DNA from: Gekko japonicus
Taxonomy: Eukaryota
DNA: 64,000 nucleotides
Direction: 5' to 3'
Assembly (NCBI RefSeq): GCF_001447785.1
Contig: NW_015161420.1
Coordinates: 117,730-181,729, forward strand
Both the position numbers and the translations under genes were made by a program. The notes below the pieces were generated by a model. That model searched no databases. It saw only the letters and a list, made by a program, of their open reading frames with translations, and was not told the origin of the DNA. Within the stretch, counting starts at the first letter, position 1; each line of letters opens with the position of its first letter. This document shows positions 34,329-46,600 of the stretch, piece after piece.

Positions 34329-37300
34329 GTAAGTATCTCTCTCTCCTTTTTTTCTCTAGTGTTATAGCTGTGTACTAGAGAGATCTAGCTGCCTAAACGA
34401 AAAGTGAGTCATCATATCCAAGAGCTCTTTCTTGTCAGTTGTTTCAAATGAAAGTAGGAGCCTGCCCTGGTGGGGAAGGCAGGATACAAATTAATTAATT
34501 AATTAAATATATGTGAAGTCTGCCTCCAAAAGCCAAGTGATATTTCTGGTATTAGAGAAAAATGGAATTAAAAATACAGAGCAAGATAGAAATTGAAAGG
34601 TGTTATACCATTATTTTTAATTTAGAGCCATGCTACTTTGTTTAAATTAAGGCTATATAAAAATGCGGAACTTTTGTGTCCTCCTTAAGTTGGCGCTGTT
34701 TCCATAAAGAACCATTTGAATTCTTAAAAAAAAAAAATCTAATTAATGCAGTAACAAACCACAATATATGGAAAAAGGAAAACACACAATCCATATAAAT
34801 TTAAATTTACCAATGTATCCCACCATAAACAGCATTTTGTATAAAATGCTCTAGAACGTCTTAAGGTTCAATATGTCCTAGATTGTTAAAAGTGAAGGGT
34901 GATAACAAATACAGACCATTTTTCTGTGAATCTGTCCAATTGGGCTTGAGTGTTATAACTTCTACATTCCTGTGTCAATTTAGTCATTTATTGTAGGGAC
35001 CTTCTTGGATTTCCATCATTGCCTAGCAGATGTAATTAAACAAGATGTCATTTCTAAATCTGTATTGTTCACTACACCTTTTAAATGCCACAGCAACCAA
35101 ATTGGGAGATCCAGGACAAGTTTATATGCTGTCAGTTCCAAAATAACCAGAGCAGCTTTTACCTGGTATTGATAAATATTTGTGTGTGAAGAAAAAAAAA
35201 GGTGAAACAAGCCCACATCCTACAGGAACAGCACCAACAACAGACTCGAGAATACATTGGGTACATATGGACCAGTTTGTGAGGCATAAGATACCAATTG
35301 TACAACGTAATAAAGTTTTCTGTTTGAGTCACTGAGATTACTCAAGGATGAATATTACACCAAATCCATTTCACGTATTAGTGGAACCCCCCCAAACATC
35401 TTATTCCAACTTTTGATAGGTTTAAAATATAATTTTCGTTGTCAGTGCAAAATAGGAACTAATGATGCTATTCTTTAACACTCTTTTAGAGAATAGGACT
35501 TCAGTGAGTTTCTAAATTGACCATATTTATGAGATGAGTGCAAGATATAGGAAATTTGAAAAAACTGAAAAAAGGATGGTTTATATCCCCCATAAATGAA
35601 TATAACTCCCTGTTTTATTAAATTATTAATTCTAAAAGTGGTGAATGAGCCACATCTGTATATTTCCTAGCCTTGAAATTGCGTAATAGTTATTAAAGAA
35701 CAAGGTCAAAGGCGATAGACCAGATCTCATCTGATATTTAAATTAATACCAAATGTATAAGTCTGTTTTAAGGGGAAGGGTATCACATTGCTAGTTGCTT
35801 TCTTAATAACAAGGTAAATCTGACCACTCTTAATGATGCTAACCGAATAGCTTTATAATGAAGTTTAATATGGGGGACTCCCAGTTCACCTTCCACTGGT
35901 TTCCTGTACATTAACTTGGAAGCAACCCAAGAGAGTTTTTCTTGCCATATGAATTTAAAAATCAAATTCTGCCATTGCTCTAGGCAGCCATTATCTACTG
36001 CAAAATGAATATACCTTAACAAAAAGAATGTTAAATGAAGCACTCATGTTAATAATTGCTATGACAATGGAACAGCTGACCAGAAATAACGGTCAGTAGT
36101 TAGATCAGCTTGTAGCTTAATGATTTATTCTGACCAAGGAATCAAGATCCACAGTAGTCCACATTTCTAAATACCTGATCAGACTGGAATTTTCTTTTAC
36201 ATCCAACACCCCAGCAGATTCTTCCTTTTCTGCTTATTGTATATTTATTTCTAACAGTTCTGATTTTGAAAATAATTTGAGTTCTTAGCTTGAAGACTTT
36301 GAGTAGATTCAGATGTAATGGCAAATTAGACTATGGTTTGCTTTTACTTCTGATCCTAGTCTCTGTTTTTACTATACACTTGACATGTTGCAAGTCATAT
36401 TTCACTTGCATACAGAAAGGGAAGCGTTTCAAAGCGGTGGGAAGCATGGGGCATGACTCTGCTGCATTACACTGGCACTTCATACCAGGGTAGGTAGCAG
36501 AGCCCTAGCATACCTGACATATTTGGCATTTGGAATTCTGTGTGGCCCAGCAGCTGTGCAACCACTGGAGCTGATATGACTGACTGAAGCAGTTGACATT
36601 TGGAAGCCATTGTAAATGTTTTCACTGCTTTCGCTGACCCCAGAAGCCTGATCGCACAGCCACGTGATAGCCTGGAGTTGTTGGGACTTGCTTGAGCTTA
36701 GCTGCTTGCGCTAGTACTGGGGGACATGGTGTTAGTACAGCAGCCTTTGTGATTTCCATCTGTGGTTGTGAAAAGAGACATCCTGCCTTTCAGACGAGAC
36801 ACATTTGAACTGTATTCAGATACCATGAACGAACTCCAGTTTTTGTGACAAGAGTGAGTATAGTATATTCTGAGGCTTGTGCACTCCCTTCCTCCTCCCC
36901 TTGTGGGTGGAACAAAGACTAAAGGCTGTGACTTTGCCTTGCGCTCCAAAGCATGGCTGGCTGGAGAGAAGGGAGAAAAGGTCTGGGTTTGCTCGTTAGC
37001 CAAGCACACAGGGGCACATGGTTTTGAAAGGCTTTGATCTCATTAGTTAGTTGAGATATTCAAATCTGAATGCTTCAACAAGCTGTGGTTTGCTTTGTTG
37101 CCCACCAATCAGGATTCCAAAACAGAGCTAAACAGTTAACAAGAAAGAAACCCCAATTTGTTGCTCAAATTTGGATGTCACAACAAACTCAGGTTAGATC
37201 AAAGTCTTCCTAAATCAGGAAGGCTTCAGTCTCTGCCCCACCCATGAGGAGAAGAAATGTACGAGCCTGAGAATAAAAACAAGCTGATTGTCATCATGAA

Positions 37301-40300
37301 CAAACCAGAGTCTTATTTGTCATCGGACTACAGCCCTAGAGTACTTTGATACACCTTTGAAGTTTTTATCTGGCAGTGTTCCTTACCTGAGTTCACACTG
37401 AGAAGAATCCAAGTTTACCTGAATCTCTTAAACAGTACAAAGAACTTATTCAAAAGAAGAGAGATCAGTTTCTGCTACTGTGTGACACTTTTTCCTCACA
37501 ATTCTTTGTCCTTGTTCTTGCCTAACCTTTCTTGTTTTAAATCAGTCTGTTGTGCTGGGGCCATATCCCACTGCCTAGAAGTAATTGGTACTTGTACTGG
37601 ATTTTAAGTACTATTTGTTATTTTGAGAGCCAAGTTTTGGCTGGCAAGTAGAGGGATTGAAATAAATACAACTGCTTGTGCTGCTAGCTGCTCACAGGAT
37701 CAGTTTGTTTGCTGCCTTCACATTGTCAGAGATGGTCTCTTATCTGAACAAAGCTGACTTCAAAGCAAAACTTTGGCGGTTGAGGCAAGTTTGAGAATCT
37801 ACTCAACTGTAAGAACTGCCTTTAGAATGGCAGGCAACCAGAAAGTTTATTTGTAATGGATGGCACAGCCTTTCTCATGTTTGTAGAGTGGCTAGGCATT
37901 TGGGCTTTTCTTTCATGGCAAGATCCGTCCTCCCAAGAACTGAGCACAGATATTTTTGATTAGTCATTCTCTATAAATTGAGCCTTAAGCCACTTCATAC
38001 TACCATTCATGAACAAATAATGGGTGTGCCTAAGCTCAGAAGAACCTTAACAACGCCCAGGTCGTGTGTGTGTGTGAGTTAAGAAGTGCCCTAATGTTCT
38101 GTTATAAAATGATTTATTGAGGAAAATGTCAATTAAACATAATGAGAGTGTATGGAACAGTGTTAATTAAATTGGCTTGTCTGGGTGTGTGTTTAAGTTC
38201 CCATTAAATCTGTTTCTGGCTCCTCTTTCCAGCTTCAGCTGCTGGCTATGAAACCAGCTACTTCAGCGGTTCTCCTATGGGCTCCCTGTTATGGGCGGGT
38301 GGTGCTCACGTGTTCTGTTTCGGAGGACAGGCTTAGATAGTTCTGCCTTTTGTTTTGATTTTAAGAATTTCTTTCCTTTAAGTAAAAACAACCGAGGCAG
38401 TTTACAGTGGAAGACGTTTAAAAGAGCAGTGTAACAATAAATGCACATGAGGTTTAACCACAAAATAAATTGAGTTTCATAACATTTATTTATATTTATT
38501 TATTTATATCTTCGATTTCTACCCCGCTCTAACCCCGAAGGGTCTCTGAGTGGCTTACAAGTTCCAAATTTATCCCTAGCTAAGGCCACATGTCTACAGG
38601 GGTTAGGGCAGCACTTCAGCCGGCAGATTAGGAACACAGTGGTTGAGGGCTCAGGGGGTCCCCCCTTTTCTTCTGGTTAGTGGACTCTAAAGGTTTAAGC
38701 TAGATATTTTTTTACACAAAGAAATCAATTAACTTAAGTAATAACTAACTAAATATATTTTCATTATATTTAACAGTAAGATTAATTTTGTATTAAATAC
38801 AGTAAAAGCTGAGTTAACAGGCATTCTAAACTGCTGATCCTGGAGGAGTGGGCACCTTCCACTGACTTGGACAGCTGTTGAGTGAGTGATGCCCTGGCTG
38901 AGAGCTGGCCAGGAAGCGCTCCCTGTTCCTCCGTTGCTTGTTCTTTCATGATGAGAGGAAGCAGAGGAAAGGCAGGGAATGCTTCTCAGCCATGGGCAAG
39001 CCCTGTTTTTGCTGCCGGCCTCCCTGTTCTTCTCTCCGCCACCTGCTTTCATGTAAGAGTGGGCAGTAGAGTCACTGCGAGTGTGGAGGGGGTGGTATTA
39101 GTGAATTTCCTGCATTGTGCAGGGGGTTGGACTAGATGACCCTGGAGGTCCCTTCCAACTCTTATGATTCTATGATTCTAGAGAGCAGGCAAGACTTCCA
39201 GAGGGCCATCTGAATTTCCAAGGAGAGGGTGTTCTAGAGCTTGGGGGGGGGGTACTGCTGTCAGCATGTTGAGAAGGCCAACCCCAGGTTCTTAAACTTT
39301 AGGCAGGTTCTCATGGGTAGAGGTGTTCCCTTGGATAACCTAGTCCAAGGCCATTAAGGACTTCAAAGGATAGCACAAGAGTTTTGAATTGGGACCCTGG
39401 AACATATTGGAAGCAAATTCTTATGAAGTGCTTGAGCAGTGAAAGTGCTGAATGAATGGTTAATAATAAAATACAAGTATGTTTCTTGTACTTATTTCTG
39501 TTATGTGATTGTAGTATAGGAAGTATTTGAAATATAAATAGCTAATCTTAAGGTAATAGGTCTGAAAAATGAACATTCTGAAGGAATGCTTCCAAAATAA
39601 CACTGGGCCAGCAAGCCATGGTGTGGGTGGGGGGGTGGGGTGGGGGAGCATATTTGGTCTTATTTCAGAACTTTTCATTGAGGAAGATTGGAAGGTGCCT
39701 TATAGGGCCACCCTGAGGAGAGTTACACCCTCCTGAGTGCACTTACATTAGTGGACTTAGAAAGGTGCACCTCTCCTTGGGATGGCACTGTAACAGCTTT
39801 ATACAAAAGGTCAGTAGCGAAAATACCGTAGTCACATAAGATTGTGATGACAAATCTTGTATCTAGAATATTCAATACAAAGCAAAACCTGTAGGGAGTT
39901 AGAACAATTCCAAAGTAGGGCCTGGTCTTAAGGTTTGCTTTGTCAATAGCCAAGCCGTTTCTGCTGGAATTTAAAGACTGCTCTATATGTTGATCATAGT
40001 TACGTAAAAGTCCTTCTGGGACTGGATCACTGCAGACTACACATTTTGAATATTCTCTCATAACAAAAAAACTTGTATCAGTAGGAGAAAAGTCAGTATA
40101 TTATGGGAATACTAAGTAAGAACTTGTGTCCCTGCTGTGCTAGTTGCTGCATCCAGTAGTGATCCATCTGTAATCCAACATGGTGTAGTCCCAGAAGACA
40201 GACTGATAATGTGGAACGTGTAGCTTGGCTCTAAATTTCAAGTCTTGGTTGGCCATTGTGTGAGACAGGGTACTGGCCTAGCTGGTCTGATCCAACAGGG

Positions 40301-40493
40301 CTCTTCTTCTGTTCTTAAGCCTGTTTTACCACATCTGCTGGCAAAATAACACTGCTAGTTTATCTGTACTTTTGGTAGGCTTCTGCGTTGTGGGTGACTG
40401 AGAAAAACTTCTTGGCCAATGCTCTTCTGCAGTGTTTATAGCAACTGAGGTTTTAATTATCTCTTCTGTCAAACAGTTTGTTGCATAATTTAA
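34295..40493 (+). CDS. Spliced AUG uORF2, 16 codons (MIVGFHLLTCPFCCII*), exon 2 34295-34328 + exon 3 40477-40493
   Basis: ATG overlaps the uCC stop (TGATG); TAA at 40491-40493. Confidence 0.55.
34720..36330 (-). mobile_element. L1/Tx1-type ORF2 fragment, decayed
   Basis: ORF 35783-36043 contains IFKFIWQEKLSWVASKLMYRKPVEGELGVPHIKLHYKA, matching the FIWxxKxxRI...GGLGxP..YY motif; poly-A (read as T on the minus strand)/A-rich end near 34727. Confidence 0.7.
39045..39180 (+). mobile_element. CR1 LINE 3' end
   Basis: GCAGGGGGTTGGACTAGATGACCCTGGAGGTCCCTTCCAACTC followed by (ATGATTCT)n. Confidence 0.85.
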
Positions 40494-40541
40494 GGACCCG
40501 GCTCTAAGGCTTTGCAGCCCGTCCCTTGTGTTTCTTGGTTT

Positions 40542-40571
40542 ATGACTGTCGGCTTTGCGGAATACGGCTGA
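40542..40571 (+). CDS. AUG uORF3, 9 codons (MTVGFAEYG*)
   Basis: tttATGa (weak context); TGA at 40569-40571, 1 nt before the main ATG. Confidence 0.55.
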   Translation: MTVGFAEYG

Positions 40572-40572
40572 G

Positions 40573-40674
40573 ATGAAAGGATTTCTTGAGGATGCAAACT
40601 ACTCCATTGGCTTATTGGATGAAGGAGTGAATCTTGGAGATGTCATTGACAACTGCATTTATGAGCATACTCTT
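40573..40674 (+). CDS. AZIN1: AZIN1 coding exon 1 (exon 3 starts at 40477)
   Basis: [34 protein letters not shown]; donor GTAAGT; acceptor AAACAG at 40476. Confidence 0.95.
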
Positions 40675-43600
40675 GTAAGTATTCAGTTTTCAGTACCTAC
40701 TTTCACAGTTCATTTAATATTTATAAATGATATGTGTGTGTATATCTCATAACTGGGTTAAAATTATAACTGTATTGTTATGAAAATGGATATCAGTATT
40801 GGGGATACCAGTGGCCAAAGTGAGAAATATGTCCCCTGTAATTGTCAACTACTCATCATACTTCTTTTTGGAAAAAAGTTCAACTATATATAATTTCGTG
40901 TTTTGTAGACTGGCAAAAATACCTTTTTTGTTGGTGATCTGGGGAAGTTGACCAAGCAGCACATCCATTGGCAGAATGTTATGGCACGAGTAAAACCATT
41001 TTACAATGTAAAATGTAACTCTACTCCAGGTGTACTTGAGATTCTGGCAGCTCTTGGAACTGGGTTTGCATGTTCAAGTAAAGTGAGTATTTACTTTGTT
41101 TCTGCTTAGGATCTGAACTTCTCCAGTAAATAATATCTTTATGGAACATGTGTTGATGATAACAATTGCCATACAGAAGCATCTTAATTCCTGAAGTGTG
41201 ATATTTTGTGCCATATGTTATACCTAGTGGTCCAGTGTTTAAACTGGCTTACAGTTGTCCTTCTGACACCATTTAAGAAGCTTGTATCTGACTTTGAAGC
41301 TCTTATACTAGAAGACTTGAACTATCATACTTAAAGAGACTAGTATTCCACAGTGATCTCTAAGGTTGGCTAAGAATGCCCTTTTGCTAATACAGTTTGT
41401 ATTCTTTATTTATACATTAAATTATGTAAAAGTTGTTCTCAGTTTTTATTCCAATACTGTGCCCCCCTCCCAAAAAAAAAAGCTTTGGCATCTTTCAGTA
41501 ACCATTGGAAGCCCCCACTTTTGTGTTTAATTGGGTTTTTTACCTAAGGTGGAGATGTTAGCATTTTAAAAGTCCTGTATATGTTTAAAAAACAAACAGG
41601 TTTACAAAATGAAACTGTCTTAAATTGCTTTTGGTATTATAAGCTATATTTGGAAAACTACAATTTCTCACTGTCTTAGCACAATTTCTAAGTTTTTTTT
41701 AAAGCTTTAACTGTTTTTGTAAATAGTTTACTTTTGTGTATTTCAGACAGAAATGGCATTGATTCAAGATTTGGGCATTTCTTCTAAAAATATCATATTC
41801 ACTAATCCTTGCAAGCAAGCTTCTCAGATAAAATATGCAGCAAAAATTGGAGTAAACATTTTGTCATGTGACAGTGAATTGGAACTAAAGAAAATCGCTA
41901 GGAATAATTCAAATGCGAAGTAAGTAAAAATGAATGTATTTGTTTCACTTACTGCTCTGGGAATTTAATTTTGGCTACAGTTATATAACGGACTGCAAAC
42001 TATGAAGGGATACTTTTCTGGAGTACTTTTGTATGCAGTATTCTCATTTAGATGTTTTAACGTTGTTCTTTAAAACCTGAGAATTTGTACTTTAATGTGG
42101 AAACACCAATTTTTTCAGGTGTGCTCTGGCATCATAACTCTAGTCTGTTACATTTGAAGGTTCTGTTAACTTTCATCAGTATTATTTTATCAAAAGAGCT
42201 TAAAACTTATTTGACTGGGAGACTGTTACTGCCAAGGTCATGTGAGCAAGACAGCATTAATTCCTTAACAAATAATGCTCCATTTTCTGCCTGGGATTCT
42301 GGCATCATGATGGGATGTATGACATAACTTGTTCGGCTCACCATCTCTGAAAATTGCCTTAAAAGTCTATTAAGCTGGTCCAGACTGTTTCAGCGAGAAC
42401 AAACCCCAGTATATGTCTGTAACACGTGCCAGTATACTGCATGGCAGTCTAGTAGTGCTATACACCAGCAGGGCATGTCAAACTTCTAAATTACTGGGGT
42501 AGATTCAGCGTGGAAAGAGAAGTAAGAGTGTGGTGATGGGTTACCTGGAATCCATCTGGTTATTTGTAAGTACGTGCTCCTTTGAACTAGTGCAATACAA
42601 AGGGTATGTTTTGACCCCTGGTTTGCTTAGTTGCTCACAGTGCTGGCAAGGTTTTGAGAGCAGTTGTTCCTCTAGGAATTAGTGTTGAAGTTCCACATTC
42701 AACTCCTCTGTATTTGTGTGGAAGGGTGGCACTCCTTTCCTGGGTGGATGGCCAAGAAAATGCAGCTCTTTCCTATCTTCTCCCACACTAGTGATATTTA
42801 CTGCAATCCAAAGCTTTACGAGCTTTTGTAAAAGGAAATTGTAGACAAGTTCTTGTGTGTCAGCATGACTGTCACCTATCTATAGTAGTATGAACTTGGA
42901 AATGTAGGTAGTAGCTTTGGAAAAGATAAAATTTCTCTCTTCTCTTCCCCCTATTCAAAAATCTTTACACTGTGGGAAAGTCATTCTTAACTGTGTGCAT
43001 AAGACTGTTGGTGGTCTGTGGAATCCAGTAGTTTTGTGAGTGTTACCACTCTCCAAAGTAAGTTTACCCTAAATGTTATGCAGGTGTTTTGAAGTTTGAG
43101 TGAAGGAATATTATTCATGAAGAACAATATTGGCAATTGATGGAGGCACAAGGTTGAAATAAATGATCTAGAATGAGGCCAAAGACCTGTCATGCTTTCA
43201 CTCAGCTATTCCTGTTAAATGTTGTTACCTTCTGGTAAGACTTTTTATCCTCTAAAGAATCCACCAGACAAGCTGTAGTTACTAGAGGAAGAAACGTGAT
43301 CCACAAGTCCTATCACATTGAAACTAATTGTTAGGATGAATGCTTGAAAAAAAATACTTGCTTGTAAGAAGGACTAAATACTTTCTCTGGCAAATAGTTA
43401 TATTTTAAGCTCCCCAATCATATTTGAACAAGGTTTTTAAAAAGCTGAATGTCACTCAAGGAACTTATGACCATGACTTCATCTTAGGTAATGTATTTTT
43501 ATTACAGCATTCAACAGACTTTCTGCTACCACAGAGTCTTTAGCTGCTGCATTTCCAAACCTCTTTTCCTTTTTTTCCCCTGACTCCATGTTTTAGGCCC

Positions 43601-46600
43601 TAATTGCTAGTTTTCTCTCTGTACAGGATTGTTTTTATTAGGTTCACTTGACTCAGCCACCGACGGAGTTGGAGTGTTGGCAACATAATCAACATGCTTC
43701 TGACAGTCTTCAGGCTTCACATGTGCTGATGCTGGTGTAAACCAACTGTGCCCCAATCATCTTCCCCTTCTCTTAGGCTCTTACTCCATATTGCCACAGA
43801 AGACAATGGAGGTGAAGAGATGAACATGAAGTTTGGCACCACCCTGAAGAACTGTCGGCATCTCATGGAATGTGCTAAGGAGCTGAATGTCCAAATAGTT
43901 GGTGTTAAGTGAGTAACCTTGTCACCTCTCCTTTGCCTTCCCTTCTGTTGTGCTCACCTGATGGATATGAAATATGAAATAGGAAGGCTATGTGATGTTG
44001 CAATGTTCATGCTATAAAAGTGCTAGTTTAATGGACCATCAAAATAGCTGTTCTTCATAAGTCATATTTCATGCATGTTTTTGAAACGGTGTTAAATACT
44101 TTGCCTTATGGTTGTCCAAATGTTACATCCAAGTAAAACAGGCAGAGAGTATAGGATACTAATCTAGGCTGAACTATTTGTGGGTACCTCACCAATTAGA
44201 TAATTCTTATTAAATGTTTATTCCGTAGACCATATAAAAGACTGCAGATTTAAGAAAAAAGTCATGTTGTTTCATTGCCCCATAAAATGGACCCTTTAAA
44301 GTTATTATCTGATTGGACTTCAAGTTCAGCTGATATAACAATTTTTCCAAATAAAAAATAAGCAATGAACTTATAGAAATATGCTAATAAAATATGGCAG
44401 GTTACTTTTTCAGAGTATAGCCATCTGTTTTATTTATAGCTTTTCCTAATACCACCTATTTAATTCCCTTCTGCAATAATTTAGATTTGTCGACTTCCTG
44501 TGATTTAGGTCCTGTAATCTTGGAAGTATGAATCTAGGCAAAGAACTAGGACCTCTTGTCTGGACATGGGTCCTTTAACAGGCAGTTTCTTGGCAAAAAC
44601 TATATTCAGTGGGAACTGGAGCATTCAACTGAATTACTTTTCATTTCTGATGCATCATTTCTATAAAACACATTTCTGTTAACTTTTTACCTATCCTGTT
44701 CCTCAGGAAAAGGAGGCATTTATGCCCTGCTCTTCTCCCTATCTAGAAACTCACAGCCTACTGCAGAAATACAACTCAGACAAAAAAAAAAGAAACAAAC
44801 ATCTGCAATATGATGTTCCATCAACCTGGGAAGCTGCTGGTTTCAGTTGTATTGCTCCTGCAGGGACTCTGGCAGCCAAGCACAGTATAAGAGGAAAGAG
44901 GGCCATGAGCCTTTTGGCTTGCACTTCTAGCTACACTCCTGCAATAGGGGGACGACAGGAGATCCAGCCAGATCTCCTTCAGTTGGCAAAAATAGCCAAC
45001 ATTCCTCTCCTGATTTGAATTTTTGGGGAGAGGCTTTTGAGCGTAGGAATCTACATGGGCTATTCTAGCACATGGATGATCTTTGGAGTAAAATCATAAG
45101 TTTTTGAAGTATCATCTGTCTGCTTTATTTTTCAGCCATTCACATGCCTACCACAGCTTGCTTTTGTTAACTAGTAGCTAGCATAACTTTTAGTTACATA
45201 TGCATGGTTGAGAAAAAAAGGAAACAAATGGTTTCTTGTGACACTGACATACAGTGATGTGTTCTTCAAAAACGTCTGCTTGGAAAAGCAGTATTGCCTT
45301 GAGTCTCTCCATCTTCTCCAGGTTTCCTGTTAACTTAACTAGAATAATTATCTTGGTAGCACTAAAACTGTTTGTTTGTTTTTCAGATTTCATGTTTCAA
45401 ACTACTGCAAGGAACCTCAGATATACAAACATGCTATTTCTGATGCTCGCTGTGTGTTTGACATGGCTGTAAGTAAATTATTGCACATGTATATACTTCA
45501 GTGCTCATGTTAACTGTTACAGTGCCGAGAAATATTTTGATCTTGATGGCTTGCTACTGTGTACTAATCTGCATCCCTGTACAAATTCACCCTGAAAGTA
45601 AAATGGATACTTTTTTGTGTATGTGCTGAATTTAGCTATGATTCAGTTGTAATTTAATGTTTAAGATTCCTTCAGGTAACTTTTTACCAGATCATTGCTT
45701 AAATTGGAATGCTTACCAGATCATTGCTTAAATTCAGTGTTTAAGTGCATACTTCTATGGAAAACAAATCAGGCATCAGATACATTCTAAACTTTTTGCA
45801 CTTCTATTTTAGGAAGAATTTGGCTTTACTATGAATATGTTGAACATTGGTGGGGGCTTCACAGATAATGAACGTGATCTGGAAGAGGTATAAAAGCTTT
45901 TTCTGAATTTTTCTGTTGACCTGGTATGCTTGGCCTGTCACTTTCAATAAGTATGTAAGGGTTGTGTGTACAGTACATATATAAAAGTTGAAGATGTTGC
46001 CTGCTGTAGTACAAATAAATGGTGCCACAGAGCCTTTCAGTAAAACAAGTATATTTGAAATTGACTCTGTCCTAAATTGTAGTTCAGCTAGGAAGACTTG
46101 AATGTTCACTATTGTACTTGAGTGTAGCTTGTAGGGCCACAGACTGTATTAAAATCCAGTGTATTGGATTTCAGTATTAATTTAAAATATTAATATGCTG
46201 CTGCTTCAGAGACCTGCGTGAAGCAGCTCACAAAGTAAAAAAAAGATAAAATCATAATATAAAATCAAACCATTAAAAACCAGCCAATAAAATCCTAGGG
46301 TATAAAACATCTAGCACTGAAAAGAGGCTCATGACTGTTGTTCAGCCAGAAGCAGATTGTAAAAAATTAAAAGTATCAAATCCCTACTTAAAAGCCTGGG
46401 TAAAAAGAAATGTTCTGATTTTGTGCCTAAAAGAGAGTAGGACAGGCATAAGACAGGATTACACAGGCGAGGGGCCAGCACTGAAAAAGCCTTGTCCCTG
46501 GCTGTTTCATGGCGAAGGTGGGGATACAGAGAGCTGGGCCTGTGGAGAGGATCTCAACTGGTGAGTTGAAGAATACAGGAAGTAGTCCTTTAAGTACCCT

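Noticed and set aside
38233-38330. Possible extra leader cassette exon in intron 2 (good acceptor CTCCTCTTTCCAG; would add AUGs)
   Set aside because: No convincing GT donor nearby; RNA data are needed.
41741-41750. Tandem acceptor TTTCAG-ACAG at coding exon 3
   Set aside because: The distal AG would shift the frame by 4 nt; the proximal AG gives the homologous protein, and there is no evidence of regulated use.
45684-45734. 22-bp direct repeat TTACCAGATCATTGCTTAAATT with a 7-nt spacer (a similar short duplication lies near 26818-26861)
   Set aside because: Two copies only; ordinary local duplication, not a CRISPR-like array or evident regulatory element.
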